DNA of 64,000 bases. It comes from Klebsormidium nitens. Its lineage: Eukaryota; Plantae; Klebsormidiophyceae. The translations under genes and the position numbers were made by a program. Below, in pieces: positions 36,581 to 48,612 of the stretch. The first letter of the stretch is position 1. Every line of letters begins with the position of its first letter. The notes below the pieces were generated by a model that saw only the letters and a list, made by a program, of their open reading frames with translations, did not search any database and was not told where the DNA came from. Location of the stretch: positions 124,001 through 188,000 of the forward strand of contig DF237051.1 of the NCBI GenBank assembly GCA_000708835.1, given 5' to 3'.

Positions 36581-38102
36581 AGCTCATCAAAGGTATGTGA
36601 CCTCCAGCTGTTCCAAGGACTAGGCTTTTTACCTGAGGCGAGGACCTTTCTTAAGTGTCGGAGGACCAAAAAGGGCGGCTTTTTCCTTTTCCTTCCTAAA
36701 CATGTACATTCATTCATTCCGGCGCGGCTTCGGCGTCCAGCGCGGCCGCTTTCACAGGGAGCGCTCATCGTCGGCAGTAGGCGCGCTTGCGCGGCGGCGC
36801 GTCCTGCTCCGACGCAGGCGAGCGCGATAGCGCGGCCGCCGTTCCGTCGCCGGGGGTGGGAGCCTAGTCGCGGTACGCGCGCACCCTCGCGGCGAACCTC
36901 GACAGCTCGAGTTTTGGACAAAGAACGCCTTCCGAGATCAACGTACAGCGGTTTTCCCCATACAGACCAGCTGTCTACTTTAAGGAAAGCGCGGCAGCGC
37001 TCGGAATCAATCTTTGGTATCATGATACTGATCAGTTCGCGAAGTACATGGCTTTCAGCTTGAAATTGAGACGGTTCAGACCTATCAGGATTCAGCCCTA
37101 GGGGAGGCGAACATAAGTAGAAGCTTTCTTTGAGAGAGAAAAATCAGTGCATCTTCTATCAGGCTCCTTCAGGAGACGACAGATTTGCGCCGGGCGTGTG
37201 CTCGTCATATTGCAGCTCCACCCCGGAAAGAAGGGTAGTCAGCAGAATGCCAAACTTGTACATGTGCGAAACCGATTGCTCGCTTGTCAAGGCCTACGAA
37301 AGCAAGACGACACAAGGAGTGCATGAATTTGGTTCCGATGCCAACCGGAAGAGTCACACGAGTGAATTAGGGGTTGATGACAGGAACGAATGTAGTATCA
37401 CGTATGTCCCTTATCAAAGCAAAGGGTCGACGTACGTACGTTATATACGCACTCCGCACAGCATGGGCGCGAAGTCAACCGAAGAAGTCCTCACAGTAAG
37501 TGGCCCTCACCTGACTAAACTGCTTTGACTTCAGACGTAGAAAGTGAACTACTTCGTTTTGTCTCGTGCCAGCATTTGATGAGTCTGAATGTCATTCGCT
37601 TGCTGCTCAGCGATTTGCAATAGTACATGCCAGTCAGCCTTCCAACCTCTGAGGTTTCAGAGGCTTGCACACTGACTGTAGCGCGCGAGTATGTACCGAG
37701 CCGCGGGCTTTTGCTTATAATCAAGGAAGCAGATCTGGTTTAGTATCTGAGGAAAAGGGTCTCCGTCATGAGACGCGTAACGGACTTGCTGACTGGACCA
37801 AGTCCTCGGGGACTGCCCAGATTTGCTCATCGCTTAGAGGCTTACAGAGACTTTTGCCAGCGTCGTCCGTGGCACATTTGAAATCCATATCAACAGCAAC
37901 TTTGAAATCGAAATGGAAGCATCCGAGTACAAACTCTGAATGGCACTCTTACTGCGTCACGTTCGGTGGGATCGACAGAGCAGAAGTCCTTCCACACTCC
38001 TTCCATATGCACTGTTTCGAATCCTTTTTGAATATGGTACCAATACCGGTGCTGCCAATAAAACATTTGAACTGCAGACGGTCAGAATTCTGAAAACCTC
38101 AA

Positions 38103-38955
38103 CTAGTTGTCAGCATAATTATGCTCTATTACTTCAAATGTCCAATCTTCATTGTACTTGCAGGTAATCATCGTGTGCGCAGGATTACGGAAGCCAGCTG
38201 CGCCTGCGCAGGATACCCTTTCTACTACTACATTTAGTGTTTCGACTGGCAATTTTCCCGATAACTTCTCCCCAAACTCTACAGATTGAAGGGAAAGTCC
38301 CGTGCCAAAGTCGTCTTGATTCACGCGGGCCGGGGGCACTCCTCTGAACGAAAATGTCTGCAGACATTGAGCCAATTTTTGACTTATTGGCACCCGCACG
38401 CCCCTCGGCGTACAGATCTTTTAAAGCCTGCCCTATGTCGTTGAACGAGTACAGCGGTTGGAGATGAAGATCGACGATTGTGAGCCCTATCCTTCCCGTT
38501 TGTTCGTCCGGGCTGTGAACTCCATATGCCACCAAAACTCCAAGCAACCTTACAAGAACAACGAATCTTGAGCTTTGAAGAGAAAGGCGTGTTGAGCTGA
38601 CGACGCTTGTGCCTCGAAACGACTCCGACTCTCGCTTTGCTTGAGGGTTTTGTTCAGAGTTTCCAAAAACCTGGTTTGCCCAAGTAGCCTGCAGAACGCA
38701 CTTGTACCCTCCCAACTTGAAGATTTCTAGTTCAGCGTCTAGCTTTGCTCCCTCTTCGGATAGGAAAGTCTGCAGAGCCGGGATGCGCTGCTCCTTTGCG
38801 GAGCCGTGAAAGGCTTCCTTCCACAAGGCAGGGTTTCGTTCTCCCGCCGCCTCAAAGGCTTTGCACGACGCGACGGCCCGCAGAAGAGAGAGGGGATCTT
38901 GGACCGCCAGCTTTTGGAGGATCTCGACAAGAGCATCCGCCGGAAGATCATCCAT
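38103..38955 (-). pseudogene. F-box-like family gene (copy 2) with a frameshift near the 3' end
   Basis: ORF 38185-38955 matches copy 4, but the family C-terminus (NPAHTMITCKYNEDWTFEVIE) lies in another frame ending at 38103. Confidence 0.7.
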
Positions 38956-40603
38956 AGCTCATCAAATGTATGTGAACTCCAGCTGTTCCAAGGGCTACGG
39001 ATTCCACCTAAGGTGAGGATCTTTTCTGCTTGCCACGATTTCAGTCAGTCCGGCGCGGCTTTGGGTTGCAGCGCGGCCGCTTTTCAGAGGCTGGCGGCTT
39101 GTAAATGAGCGCTCACCGTCGCGGCAGAAGTGGTAATTGCGCAGCTGCGCGTCCTGCGCGGCTCCGACGCAGGCGGGCGCGATAGCGCGGCCGCCGTACG
39201 CGTGCTGTTGCCCGCGGTTTGAGAGCCTAGCCGCGGTGCGCGCGATGTTTGGCCCGCTCGCGGCAAACCTCGAAACCTGGAGTTCCGGACAAGTACGCGT
39301 TCCGAGATCTATGTACAGCGGTTTCCCTCATGCAGACCAGCTGTCGAATTCCAGGAAACGGCAATCAATCGGGCAGCGCACGGAGTTGATGATTGGTATC
39401 GGTTCGTAGAGTCCATCTTCGAAATGAGACGGTTCAGACCTCTCAAGATTCGACCATTGAAGAGGCGCAGGCTCGTCATACTGTGAGGAAGAAACACCAG
39501 TGCATCCTATATCTCCTTCAGGAATCGACTCTTTTCCGCCCGGCTCGTCATATTGCAGCTCTACCCTAGTGGAAAGAAGGTAGTGCGCGAGTTCTGCGAA
39601 AGCGCTCGTTGGCTTGTCAACGGCTACATAGACAAGACGACACAAGAAGTGCGTGATTCAGGTTCGGTCGCCTACCGGCAGAGTTGCACAATCGAAACGG
39701 TCAATATTGAGAGTAACGAAGACTTATCAAAGCAGAGGGAGGTACGTTATACTAGTCTAGTATACGCACTCCGCACAGCAGGGGCGCGAAGTCGATCGAT
39801 GTAATCCTCACATTTACTGGCCCTTACCTGACTGAAGTGCTTTGATGTCAAACGTAGAAAGCTGTAAGATTCATTTTGTCTCGTGCCGGCGTTTGGTAAG
39901 TCTGAATTTCATATGCTTGCTGCTTAGCAATTTCCATTACTACAGCTGTTTGCGTCAAACTTGCCATCGGGTTCTGATCTCTCCGAGCATGGTTCCTGAT
40001 CTTAATGAGCCGTTCGATGTCCCCCTTGTCGTCGATCGGACGGCCAAAGACGAGGAACCATGCTCAGAACATTTGAAACCCGATGGCAGGTTTGGCGCAA
40101 AGAGCTGTACATGCCAGTCTGCGCCCGTACAACTCTGAGGCTGTCCGACATCTGCACCGTGACAACGATTGTAGCGCGCGATGCTCACCACGGAAAGTAT
40201 GTATTGAGCCGCGGGCTTTCGTTTATGATATCAAGAGCAAAACTGGTGCAAGTATATGAGAAGAATGGTTTCCGTCATGAGACGCGTGATGAACTTGCAG
40301 CCCAGACCAAGTCTCAGGGATCGCCCAGATCTGATCATCGCTCAGAGGTTAATAGCGACTCTTGGCCCATTAATGCCTTTCTACTATTAGAGTTCAGCAG
40401 CAACTTTGAATTCGACACTGGCAGTCGGAGCATACGAGTCAGAAAGATTTCTGAGCTGCGTTCTCATTGCGTCACGTTCGGGTGAGACAACTTGAAAGCA
40501 GTGCGATTCTTCCACACTCACTGTCTCGAAATTTTAGATACTGGTACTACTACAGATTACACAGTCAGCAGACGGTCAGGTTTTGAAGAAGTTGACTGGG
40601 TTG

Positions 40604-41437
40604 TTAGCACAATATCTGCTCTATCACTGAAAACCTCCAATCTCGACCATACTTGCAGGTAAGCAGCATGTGCGCGGAGGTATGCAAGCCAGATCCGCTT
40701 GCGGAAAATTCTCCTCTCAAGTGTAGTACTTCGACTGGAGAACTCTCGTACACTTTTTCCCCAAAAACTTTACATTGAATGGAAGGCCTGCGCCAGATTC
40801 CTCTTGATACCGGCGGTCCGACGAGATCCCTCTGAACGAGAATTTCTGCAGTCACTGAGCCAAACCCCCAATCGTCAGTACCCGCACGGCCCTCGGCGTA
40901 TATGTCTCCCAAAGCCTGCCCTATCTCCTTGAACGAGTACAGCGGTTGAAGATGAAGTGGGATCGCTATTACGCCTATCTTTCCCGTTTGTAGTTTTGGG
41001 CTGTGAACGCCATAAGCCACCAGCACCCCAAGCAACCTTACAAGAACAACAAACCTCGAACTGTAAAGAGAAAGGCGTGATGAGCTGAAGCCGCTTGTGC
41101 CCGGAAACGACTCCGACTCGCGCTTTGCTTGAGGGTTCTGTTCATGTTCTTCAACAACCTGGTTCGCCCAAGTCGCTTCTAGAACGCGCTTGTACCCTCC
41201 GAAGACTTCCAATTCAGCCTCTAATATTGCGCCCTCTTCCGTCAGGTAGTTCCGAAGAGCCCAGATGCTTTGCTCCTTTGCCGAGCCGTGAAAAGCTTCC
41301 TTCCACAAGGCAGGGTTTGTTTCCGCTGCCGCCCAAAAAGCTTTGCACGACGCGACCGCCTGCAGAAACGAGGGGGGATCTTGGGCCGCCAGCTTTTGGA
41401 GGATCCCTACAAGTGCATCCGCCGGCAGATCATCCAT
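40604..41437 (-). CDS. F-box-like protein, 277 aa, intronless (copy 3)
   Basis: F-box-like N-terminus MDDLPADALVGILQKLAAQDPPSFLQAVASCKAFW. Colinear with copy 4 over its full length. Confidence 0.8.
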   Translation of the reverse strand: MDDLPADALVGILQKLAAQDPPSFLQAVASCKAFWAAAETNPALWKEAFHGSAKEQSIWALRNYLTEEGAILEAELEVFGGYKRVLEATWANQVVEEHEQNPQAKRESESFPGTSGFSSSRLSLYSSRFVVLVRLLGVLVAYGVHSPKLQTGKIGVIAIPLHLQPLYSFKEIGQALGDIYAEGRAGTDDWGFGSVTAEILVQRDLVGPPVSRGIWRRPSIQCKVFGEKVYESSPVEVLHLRGEFSASGSGLHTSAHMLLTCKYGRDWRFSVIEQILC

Positions 41438-42517
41438 ACCTCATCAAAAGTATGTGACCTCCAGCTCTTCCAAGGACTAAGCGTTTTACCTGAAGTGAGG
41501 ACCCCTTCTTAAAGTAAGGACCAGAGGCTTTGTCTTAATCCTTTACAAACACCGCTAAAGTCAACTTCAAGTCATTTCGGCGCTGCTTGGGCTTGTAGCG
41601 CGGCCGCTTTCAAGAGGCTTTGAGCGCTTCGGTCACGGTTGCGCGCGGCGGCGCGTCCCGCTCTCAGTGACGCAGGCGGGCGCGATAGCGCGGCCGCCGT
41701 GCTGTCGCCGGGTTTGGGAGCCTAGCCGCGGCCGGTGCCCGCAATGTGCGGCCCCTTCGATCGCGGCAAACCTCGAAACCTTCACTTCCAAATCTTCCCA
41801 GAGACGACAGATTTGCGTCCGGCGTCCGTTCGCACTCATTGCAGCTTATCGACGCAAGGGAGGTTCCTTGCACTCAAACACAGTATAAGCACGAACTTAT
41901 CCGGAATCCTCAGACCTAAGCAAAGTACTTTGACTTCATATGTAGAGAGTTGATTACTTCGTTTCGTCTCGTGCCAGCATCTGACCAGGTTTGAAAATCA
42001 TACGTTTGCCGCTCAGCCCGTACATGACATGTCAGTCTGCCGTTCAACCTCTGAGGTTGTCTCAGGTGTGCCACACCGACTGTAGCGCGCGGAGCTCGCT
42101 CGGACAAGTGCGTTTCGAGCCGCGAGCTTTTGCGTATGATAACAGAAGCAGATTTGTTTTGAGTATATGAGAAAAACGATCTTCGTCATGGGACGCTTGT
42201 AAGGGATATACTTGCTGACTAGATCAAGTCCTCGGGGGCTGCCCAGATGTGCTCACCGCTCAGAGGCTTGAAGTCATGACAGCGAATTTTGGCATCGTCG
42301 TCCGTTGCCCATTCAACAATGCAATCGACAATGGAAGCATCCGAGTACAAACTCTGAATGCCACTCTTACTGCGTCACGTTCGGGTGGGACAAAGCAGTG
42401 CAGTGTTTCCACACTCCTTCTACACGCACTGTTTAGAATCGTTTTTGAAATTGGTGCTGCCAATAACACATACGAACTGCAGACGGTCAGAATTCTGAAA
42501 ACCTCAACTGGTTGCAG

Positions 42518-43351
42518 TTAGCATAAGTTATCCTCAATCACTGCAAATTTCCAATCTCGGTTGTACTTGCAGATAACCAGCGTGTGCGCAGGATTAGGCG
42601 AGCCAGCTGCGCCTGGGCAAACTTCCCTTTCAGATATAGTATGATGACTGGCGATCTTCTCGACAATTTCTCCCCAAACTCTACAGATTGAAGGGAAAGT
42701 CTCGTGCCAAATTCCTCGTGATTCTGGCGGCCCGGCGGCACTCCTGTGAACGAAAATGTCTGCGGACATTGAGCCAATTTCTGAAATATTGGCACCCGCA
42801 CGCCTCTCGGCGTACAGATCTTTTAAAGCCTGCCCTAGCTCGTTGAATGAGTACAGAGGTTGGAGATGAATATCGACCTGTGTGTACCCCATCCTCTCCG
42901 TTTGTTCTTCCGGGCTGTGAACGCCATATGCCACCAAAACTCCAAGCAACCTTACAAGAACAACGAATCTCGAGCTTTGAAGAGAAAGGCGTGTTGAGCT
43001 GAAGACGCTTGTGCCTCGAAACGACTCCGACTCGCGCTTTGCTTGAGGGTTTTGTTCAGGGTTCCCGAAAACCCGGTTCGCCCAACTAGCATGCAGAACG
43101 CACTTGTACCCTCCCAAGATTTCTAGTTCAGAGTCTAGCTTTGCTCCCTCTTCGGATAGGAAAGTCTGCAGAGCCCAGATGCGTTGCTCCTTTGCCGAGC
43201 CGTGGAAAGCTTCCTTCCACAAGGCAGGGTTTGTTTCCGCCGCCGCCTCAAAGGCTTTGCACGACGCGACGGCCCGCAGAAAGGAGAGGGGATCTTGGAC
43301 CGTCAGCTTTTGGTGGATCTCAACAAGTGCATCTGCGGGCAAATCATCCAT
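42518..43351 (-). CDS. F-box-like protein, 277 aa, intronless (copy 4)
   Basis: Same family. Uninterrupted ORF containing the shared C-terminal block SRFVVLVRLLGVLVAYGVHSP...LHLQPLYSF. Confidence 0.8.
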   Translation of the reverse strand: MDDLPADALVEIHQKLTVQDPLSFLRAVASCKAFEAAAETNPALWKEAFHGSAKEQRIWALQTFLSEEGAKLDSELEILGGYKCVLHASWANRVFGNPEQNPQAKRESESFRGTSVFSSTRLSLQSSRFVVLVRLLGVLVAYGVHSPEEQTERMGYTQVDIHLQPLYSFNELGQALKDLYAERRAGANISEIGSMSADIFVHRSAAGPPESRGIWHETFPSICRVWGEIVEKIASHHTISEREVCPGAAGSPNPAHTLVICKYNRDWKFAVIEDNLC

Positions 43352-45066
43352 GTTTCTTAAAGTACGTGACTGACAGCGGGTTCTTAAGGTCCAACTAGAA
43401 TTTCGCTAGCAAAGGTGAGCTTTGCTTTTTGAACGAAGACCAAACAGGCCGGCTTTGACGTTGTCTGGTCAGAGAGAGTCTGTTTAGCGTGCCTGCGCCG
43501 CTTCGGCTCTCTGCGCGACTGTTTGGCAGCCCCCGGCCGCGTTCGCATCGCGTGCTTGCAATCTGCATGAGACAGAAACCCTGCACGAACGCGCGGCCGC
43601 GGTGCCGGCCGCGAGTCCCGGCCAGGTCACGCACTGATCGGAAGCGATTGCGCGTCAAATCGGAGCCGCCGTCCCGACACGCGCTGCCGCTTCTTCCGCG
43701 CCTCGAAGATCGAAGCGAGGACCTAGAACATTGAGCAATAATATCCGCCTCTCGTAGACCAGGCGCAGAGTATATCGCAGAGGATATCCCCAGAGCGGGT
43801 TTGTTTCAGAAGGAGAGAGGAACGAATCTCAGAATGCCCAAGACGTACTCTCAGGGGTTTCTTCGCAACCTCGGCGTTTAGGGCAGCCGAAAGACCCACG
43901 TCATCCTGATAGACGGGCCCGACTGATCATAACGTTTCAAACCCTGCTGATTCTTGAATATGCTGATGTTTAAAGTACTCTCCGAACTTTGACTGTACTA
44001 GACCTGCAAGGCCGTCCCCCGCGTGATGAAGAACGAGACCTCCGAAGATTGGAAAGGCATTCTTCTCGGCGTGAAGAATTGCACGCCGAGACATAGGTGC
44101 TTTGGAATTACATGCAAGTAGTGGAAGCGTGATATCAAGAACATGTGTGCACTTTCTGTCTTTCTCATTCATAAAGTATAAATCTGCAAGCAGATTCGAG
44201 CCCGAAGTAGGAAGGCATCTAGTGATTACATTCGTTCACAAGGGAACTTATACAAGAGAGGTTTTTGCTGAGCCGGTGTTATGCAAACAACGCCTTAATA
44301 GGGATTGAGACTGAAGTGTGGAACTGCCGCCTTCCATGCGTGTCCAGAAACACATCTGTCACAGAGCACGGAAACTTGATAGCGGCCAGTGATTTTATTT
44401 GATCACTTTGGAATCATGGAGCAGTAAAAGGACCGAACTCCGCCTCTTGAAACATAATCGTCCCCTCCGAACGTTCATTTCGAACGTCCGCTCGAATGAT
44501 CAGCCCTTGAAAGGGAATCCTGCCGAGTTTTTCCTTTCTCTCTCAGAGACTACTCAGGAAAAATTCCGCACACGGCTTTTATACTACTTTGAACCGATTC
44601 TGGATGCTACCCAATCCCCTAAACATTTTCTTTGAACCGCTTAGTTCGTCCTTGACAATTGGTTTGGCCCTCTTCCAGAATTTCAAACCTAGCCTGCGAT
44701 GGTGAAACTGATCACTTTGCTAAGTGCGCTTTGCAGCATCTGCGCTTGTCTATATGGTCTTTACAAAGAGCCCACGCACCGGAGAATGCTCCCTAGCAAC
44801 ACAAGCTTCTCTGGCGATTAACCCCGGTCGGTTACGGGCTGGTTAGAGGCTGGTTACATGTCCGGCTCAAACAGTATGATCAGAAATCTAACGTGGTTAT
44901 GGCCTGGTTATTGGGCCAAGAATCATCCCGTCTGGTCAACCAGCCTGTAGCAGAATAACCTTCCTATGGCAACCGCCGGGACCAAGAACAGGAACCATCT
45001 CCTCGTCACAAACTCCAAGCGCCGCTTATAATGAAAGCTGCTTGTTGCACCTTTTGTCGGCGTCCT

Positions 45067-45387
45067 TCACGGCTTCTTTGGACCATTGTGTTTGTTCAGC
45101 GCAACCCAGGTAACAAACTGCCGCAAGTACAGAGACAATAATGTGCCCAGCTGCTTGTAGCCACCCAAAATCTGAATAAGCACCTCAAAATATGCTCTCT
45201 GTTCTTCAGTCGCCTGACCGCCCTCTGAGGCCAAAAATGGTACAGCTTCCTTCCAGACCTCGGGATGTTTTTCTATTATGCGGCGGAAGCCGCTGCTGGC
45301 GCACGTGGACCACAGCAGGGACGGCGGGTCCTGGGCTGCCAGCTGGCGAGCCACCGTCAGGATGACGTCAATCGGAAGATCATCCAT
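45067..45387 (-). CDS. Divergent F-box-like paralog (copy 5); N-terminal part only, 3' structure unresolved
   Basis: MDDLPIDVILTVARQLAAQDPPSLL...PEVWKEA...LGGYKQL aligns with the N-terminal third of copies 2-4. Confidence 0.6.
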   Translation of the reverse strand: MDDLPIDVILTVARQLAAQDPPSLLWSTCASSGFRRIIEKHPEVWKEAVPFLASEGGQATEEQRAYFEVLIQILGGYKQLGTLLSLYLRQFVTWVALNKHNGPKKP

Positions 45388-45789
45388 GGCCGCGTTCTTT
45401 TGCTTGTCCCGAGAGCTCTTGCCCTCAATTTGAGGCCGCCGTGCGGCTTCCACCTCAAATGCACATGAAAGGGGTTCCGCAAACCTGTCAGCCGGCCGCG
45501 GGTTGCAACGAGGTGTGTGCGCGCGCCCGGGCCGCGTGGCCGCGATTGCGCCCGCTCTAGCGCGCCGCGACGTACCCCGCCGCGACTTGCTCCGGTTAAA
45601 ACCCCTTCGCCCCATTTGCCTTATCCAGGTCGTCTCTGCTATCTTCTAGTAGGTATACGAGAATACAAGCGCAATAGAATCACTGGTGTGCCTGCTTGAA
45701 AGCCTCATTGGAAGCGCTGGCGTCCAGCTGCAGTAACAACACTCTGAGGATTTCAGACACCACTGCAATACAGAACCGCTGGCGGAACC

Positions 45790-46080
45790 ATGGGCGACTC
45801 CATAGGAGAGATAGCGGAGGGCATTTCGCCGGCAGGCGCTTGCTGTTGGTGCGCATTCTGCGCTACGTGCGCGGTATGCGTCCCCATCGTCCGCCTTTGC
45901 ACCCGTTTGAAGCGTTTTGGTAAGAAGGTCTTTCGGTGCGTCACTACTTGCCGGTGTTCGGATCCCAGCATGCATCCGAAGGTTGAGTTTGTTCAGAGTA
46001 CGCAGATTCCTTACCCGGTAGACGAAAAGGAGATTGTCACAGCGAGTCCTGCCGGGGCCCCGGTCACAGATGCGCTTTAA
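45790..46080 (+). CDS. Small Cys-rich protein, 96 aa
   Basis: ATG in accATGG context and GACCWCAFCATCAVCVP core. A paralog at 47510-48612 supports coding status. Confidence 0.55.
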   Translation: MGDSIGEIAEGISPAGACCWCAFCATCAVCVPIVRLCTRLKRFGKKVFRCVTTCRCSDPSMHPKVEFVQSTQIPYPVDEKEIVTASPAGAPVTDAL

Positions 46081-47509
46081 CTGTAAAGCTGAATCAGGTT
46101 GGGTTTCGGTAACCCTCATGTGAACCTTGGCAGGGCTTATTGGCATCGTGCCTATGAGTGCAAGCCTAAACGTAAGACAATGAAGGATGCGGGTGCAAGG
46201 CCTGAATATTCTAGCTTTGGCTCTTCGTCTGTCACAGAAAGAGTAGCTTGGATGAGACAGTACATATGAATCACTCTGAACTAATTACTAAGCATTTCAG
46301 CGTGTTTTACTTTGTTTAGCAAGAACGATTTCATGGGCTTAATTAATCGGTCTCATCAAAATGCCAAATCGATTGTGAGGTTGTCAGTATATGACCTACA
46401 AATTTTCCGCATCTTGAAGTCCTCATCTTTGCATATCTTGAGTCTTCACCAGCTAGGACTCTGCATGTCAACTTACAGTGAACAAGATTACAACTCGCTT
46501 ATGCCCTTTGACGGACGAAAAGCATAGTTGCAGTCGCTTTAACCTCTCTTTGCATGCGACGTGCACCTCGGAATCATGATTCGAATGACTACAGTACATG
46601 GTTGTGACAAGACGTGTAAGGGCGGCGCAGTTTGTCAAGGATACAATATTGAAGTGCGGGGATAAATGGCGATAAATTAATGGATGGTTGAACTTACACA
46701 AAGGCCGGGTGTCAAAATATACATGAAAATTTTCACAAGTGCAACGACCGCCTCTGAGTACTTTACATGGTAAGCAGATCGGTGCCGAAATGCACGACGA
46801 TTCATGCTGAATAAGTAGTAATGACGCTTGTCAGAGCAGCTTTCCACACAGTTTCAATTCTGAAGAAGCTCCTGGTAAGAGCCTCAGAGACGCCTTATGC
46901 TTGGACCCAGAAGGCGATATATAGCCTATGTATCCGAACTTCATCCAACTCAGTGCTAGTACTGGACAGAGCTTGGCACGAAGCGACATGGCGCGCAGAA
47001 CAGCGAGCGACAGCTGTCGAGCTCAAAAGTCACACATGCTTCGCAGAGAATGATACCGGTAATTATCCCATGTGATAAGCTGAGCGAGTGTGACTCAAAC
47101 TGAAGGCAGCCTTGCAAGCACAGGCAATCATGTCCATTTGGAAGGCTTAGGTTCGGGCTGCCAGCGTGCAAACCACAGCGAGGATTAATCTGATCGGAAG
47201 CATCTCTGCCGGCATCAGGTTGTTCCGCTGAACGCGAAGCCGCCGCTGTCACTCCGCGGGGCTCTGGCGGTCTTGGCGCGGGCGGCCACCTGTCAGCCTC
47301 ATCGCGCACGCGCCTCGGCCCCGCGGCCGCCCCGGACGCGCGCGTCTTAGCCCGTCGCGGCCTGCTGTCACTATTGCTCAATGTTCTATCCTCGCTTCTT
47401 TCCCCAGACCACCTCGGAGCGGCTGCTGAGGAAATTTTGAGACCTGCACGTTGAGGATTCGAGACAGGCACTTAAAAACCTTCCAGCGAATACACCAACT
47501 TTCTAAACC

Positions 47510-48612
47510 ATGAAAGCCGTCAACATCACCAAAACGGAGGTCACGAAGGCGGACGACGCTGTAGTGGAAGTACCGGCCGCCTGCTTCTGCTGCGCATCCT
47601 GCACAGGGAGGATTGGTCAGTAACATACGTCCCGTAACCTAGGCACCCAGGTTATGCCTAGGTTACGGGACCTAGGTTGTTGACAACCTTGGCATCACCT
47701 AGGTTATTGTACCAAGTGTCGGGTTATGCATAGTTTACGCGTAACCGGGGTGCCTAGGTTGTAAACAACCTGGGCAGCACCCAGGTTACAAAACTTCGCA
47801 CCTAGGTTACGCACAACCTGGGTAGATTATCCTTAAGCTGGGAATATAACGGTATATAGACTTTCTTTGGAGGACGTTTGCAGACCAAAAGGAGCAATAG
47901 TATCATGGTAAGGCGCTTGATTCTGGTAGGGACGGTAAAGAACGTCGGTTCGAGCCCAAGCGCCTACAGTGGCGCTCGTTTTTCCTCTCCCAGAATGGCT
48001 TTGAAAAGCACCAAAACAAACACTTTCCCACTCGGTTTTCTCCATTTCTTTTTTGATTTTGACTTTCGTGCGACTTGGGCATGCTTTGGAACGCTCCTGG
48101 CTACAAAATTGTGTCACTCTTGAGGGAAAATCAAGTCTCATAACGGCCAAAGAGCATCATAAAGTTTCCTTTTTCTCTTTTTGCGCACGTGGGTTATCAA
48201 CAAACCAGGTCGAAGTTGTTCGCAACCCGGGTCTGCATGGGTTGTGCGGAACCTACCTAGGTTAAGAGTGCCACTCAACCCAGGTCCGAGGTTACCTGGG
48301 TTACTACCTGGGTTACACCACAACCTATGCAATAACCTGGGTACAACCTACCCAGGTTAGCGACCAATCCCCCCTGTGCTGCGCCGCATGTGTGGTGTGC
48401 GCCCCTCTTACGTGTGCGTGCAATCTGCTGTCTACGGTTTTCCGGATTCTTACTTGCAGCTGTTTGGTTACCAGCAGTTCCAGAATGGACCAGGGAGACG
48501 GGTTTTTCATGTGACCCAGACTCGCTGGTGGTTTTGCTGCTGCCCGTGGAATGAGAAAGCTCAGGTTTCCGCACCGAGTCCTGCTGGGGGTTTGTTCAAA
48601 ACTACGCTCTAG
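47510..48612 (+). pseudogene. Transposon-interrupted paralog of the small Cys-rich gene
   Basis: Removing 47602-48380 restores MKAVNITKTEVTKADDAVVEVPAACFCCASCAACVVCAPLTCAC... The paralog-like C-terminus (EKAQVSAPSPAGG, versus EKEIVTASPAGA) is in another frame. Confidence 0.75.
47602..48377. mobile_element. Non-autonomous DNA transposon, CACTA/EnSpm (CMC)-like, 776 bp
   Basis: TIRs CACAGGGAGGATTGGTC (47602-47618) and GACCAATCCCCCTGTG (48362-48377). 3-bp TSD CTG (47599-47601 and 48378-48380). Dense subterminal AACCTAGGTT/AACCTGGGTT-type repeats at both ends. No transposase ORF. Confidence 0.88.

Noticed and set aside
36900-37530. Short ORFs upstream of the F-box copies as a second co-duplicated gene
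   Set aside because: Reading frames are not conserved between units; the similarity is explained by duplication of flanking DNA.
47833-48150. ORF inside the transposon as a transposase
   Set aside because: Only 105 aa, with no DDE or other recognisable motif.
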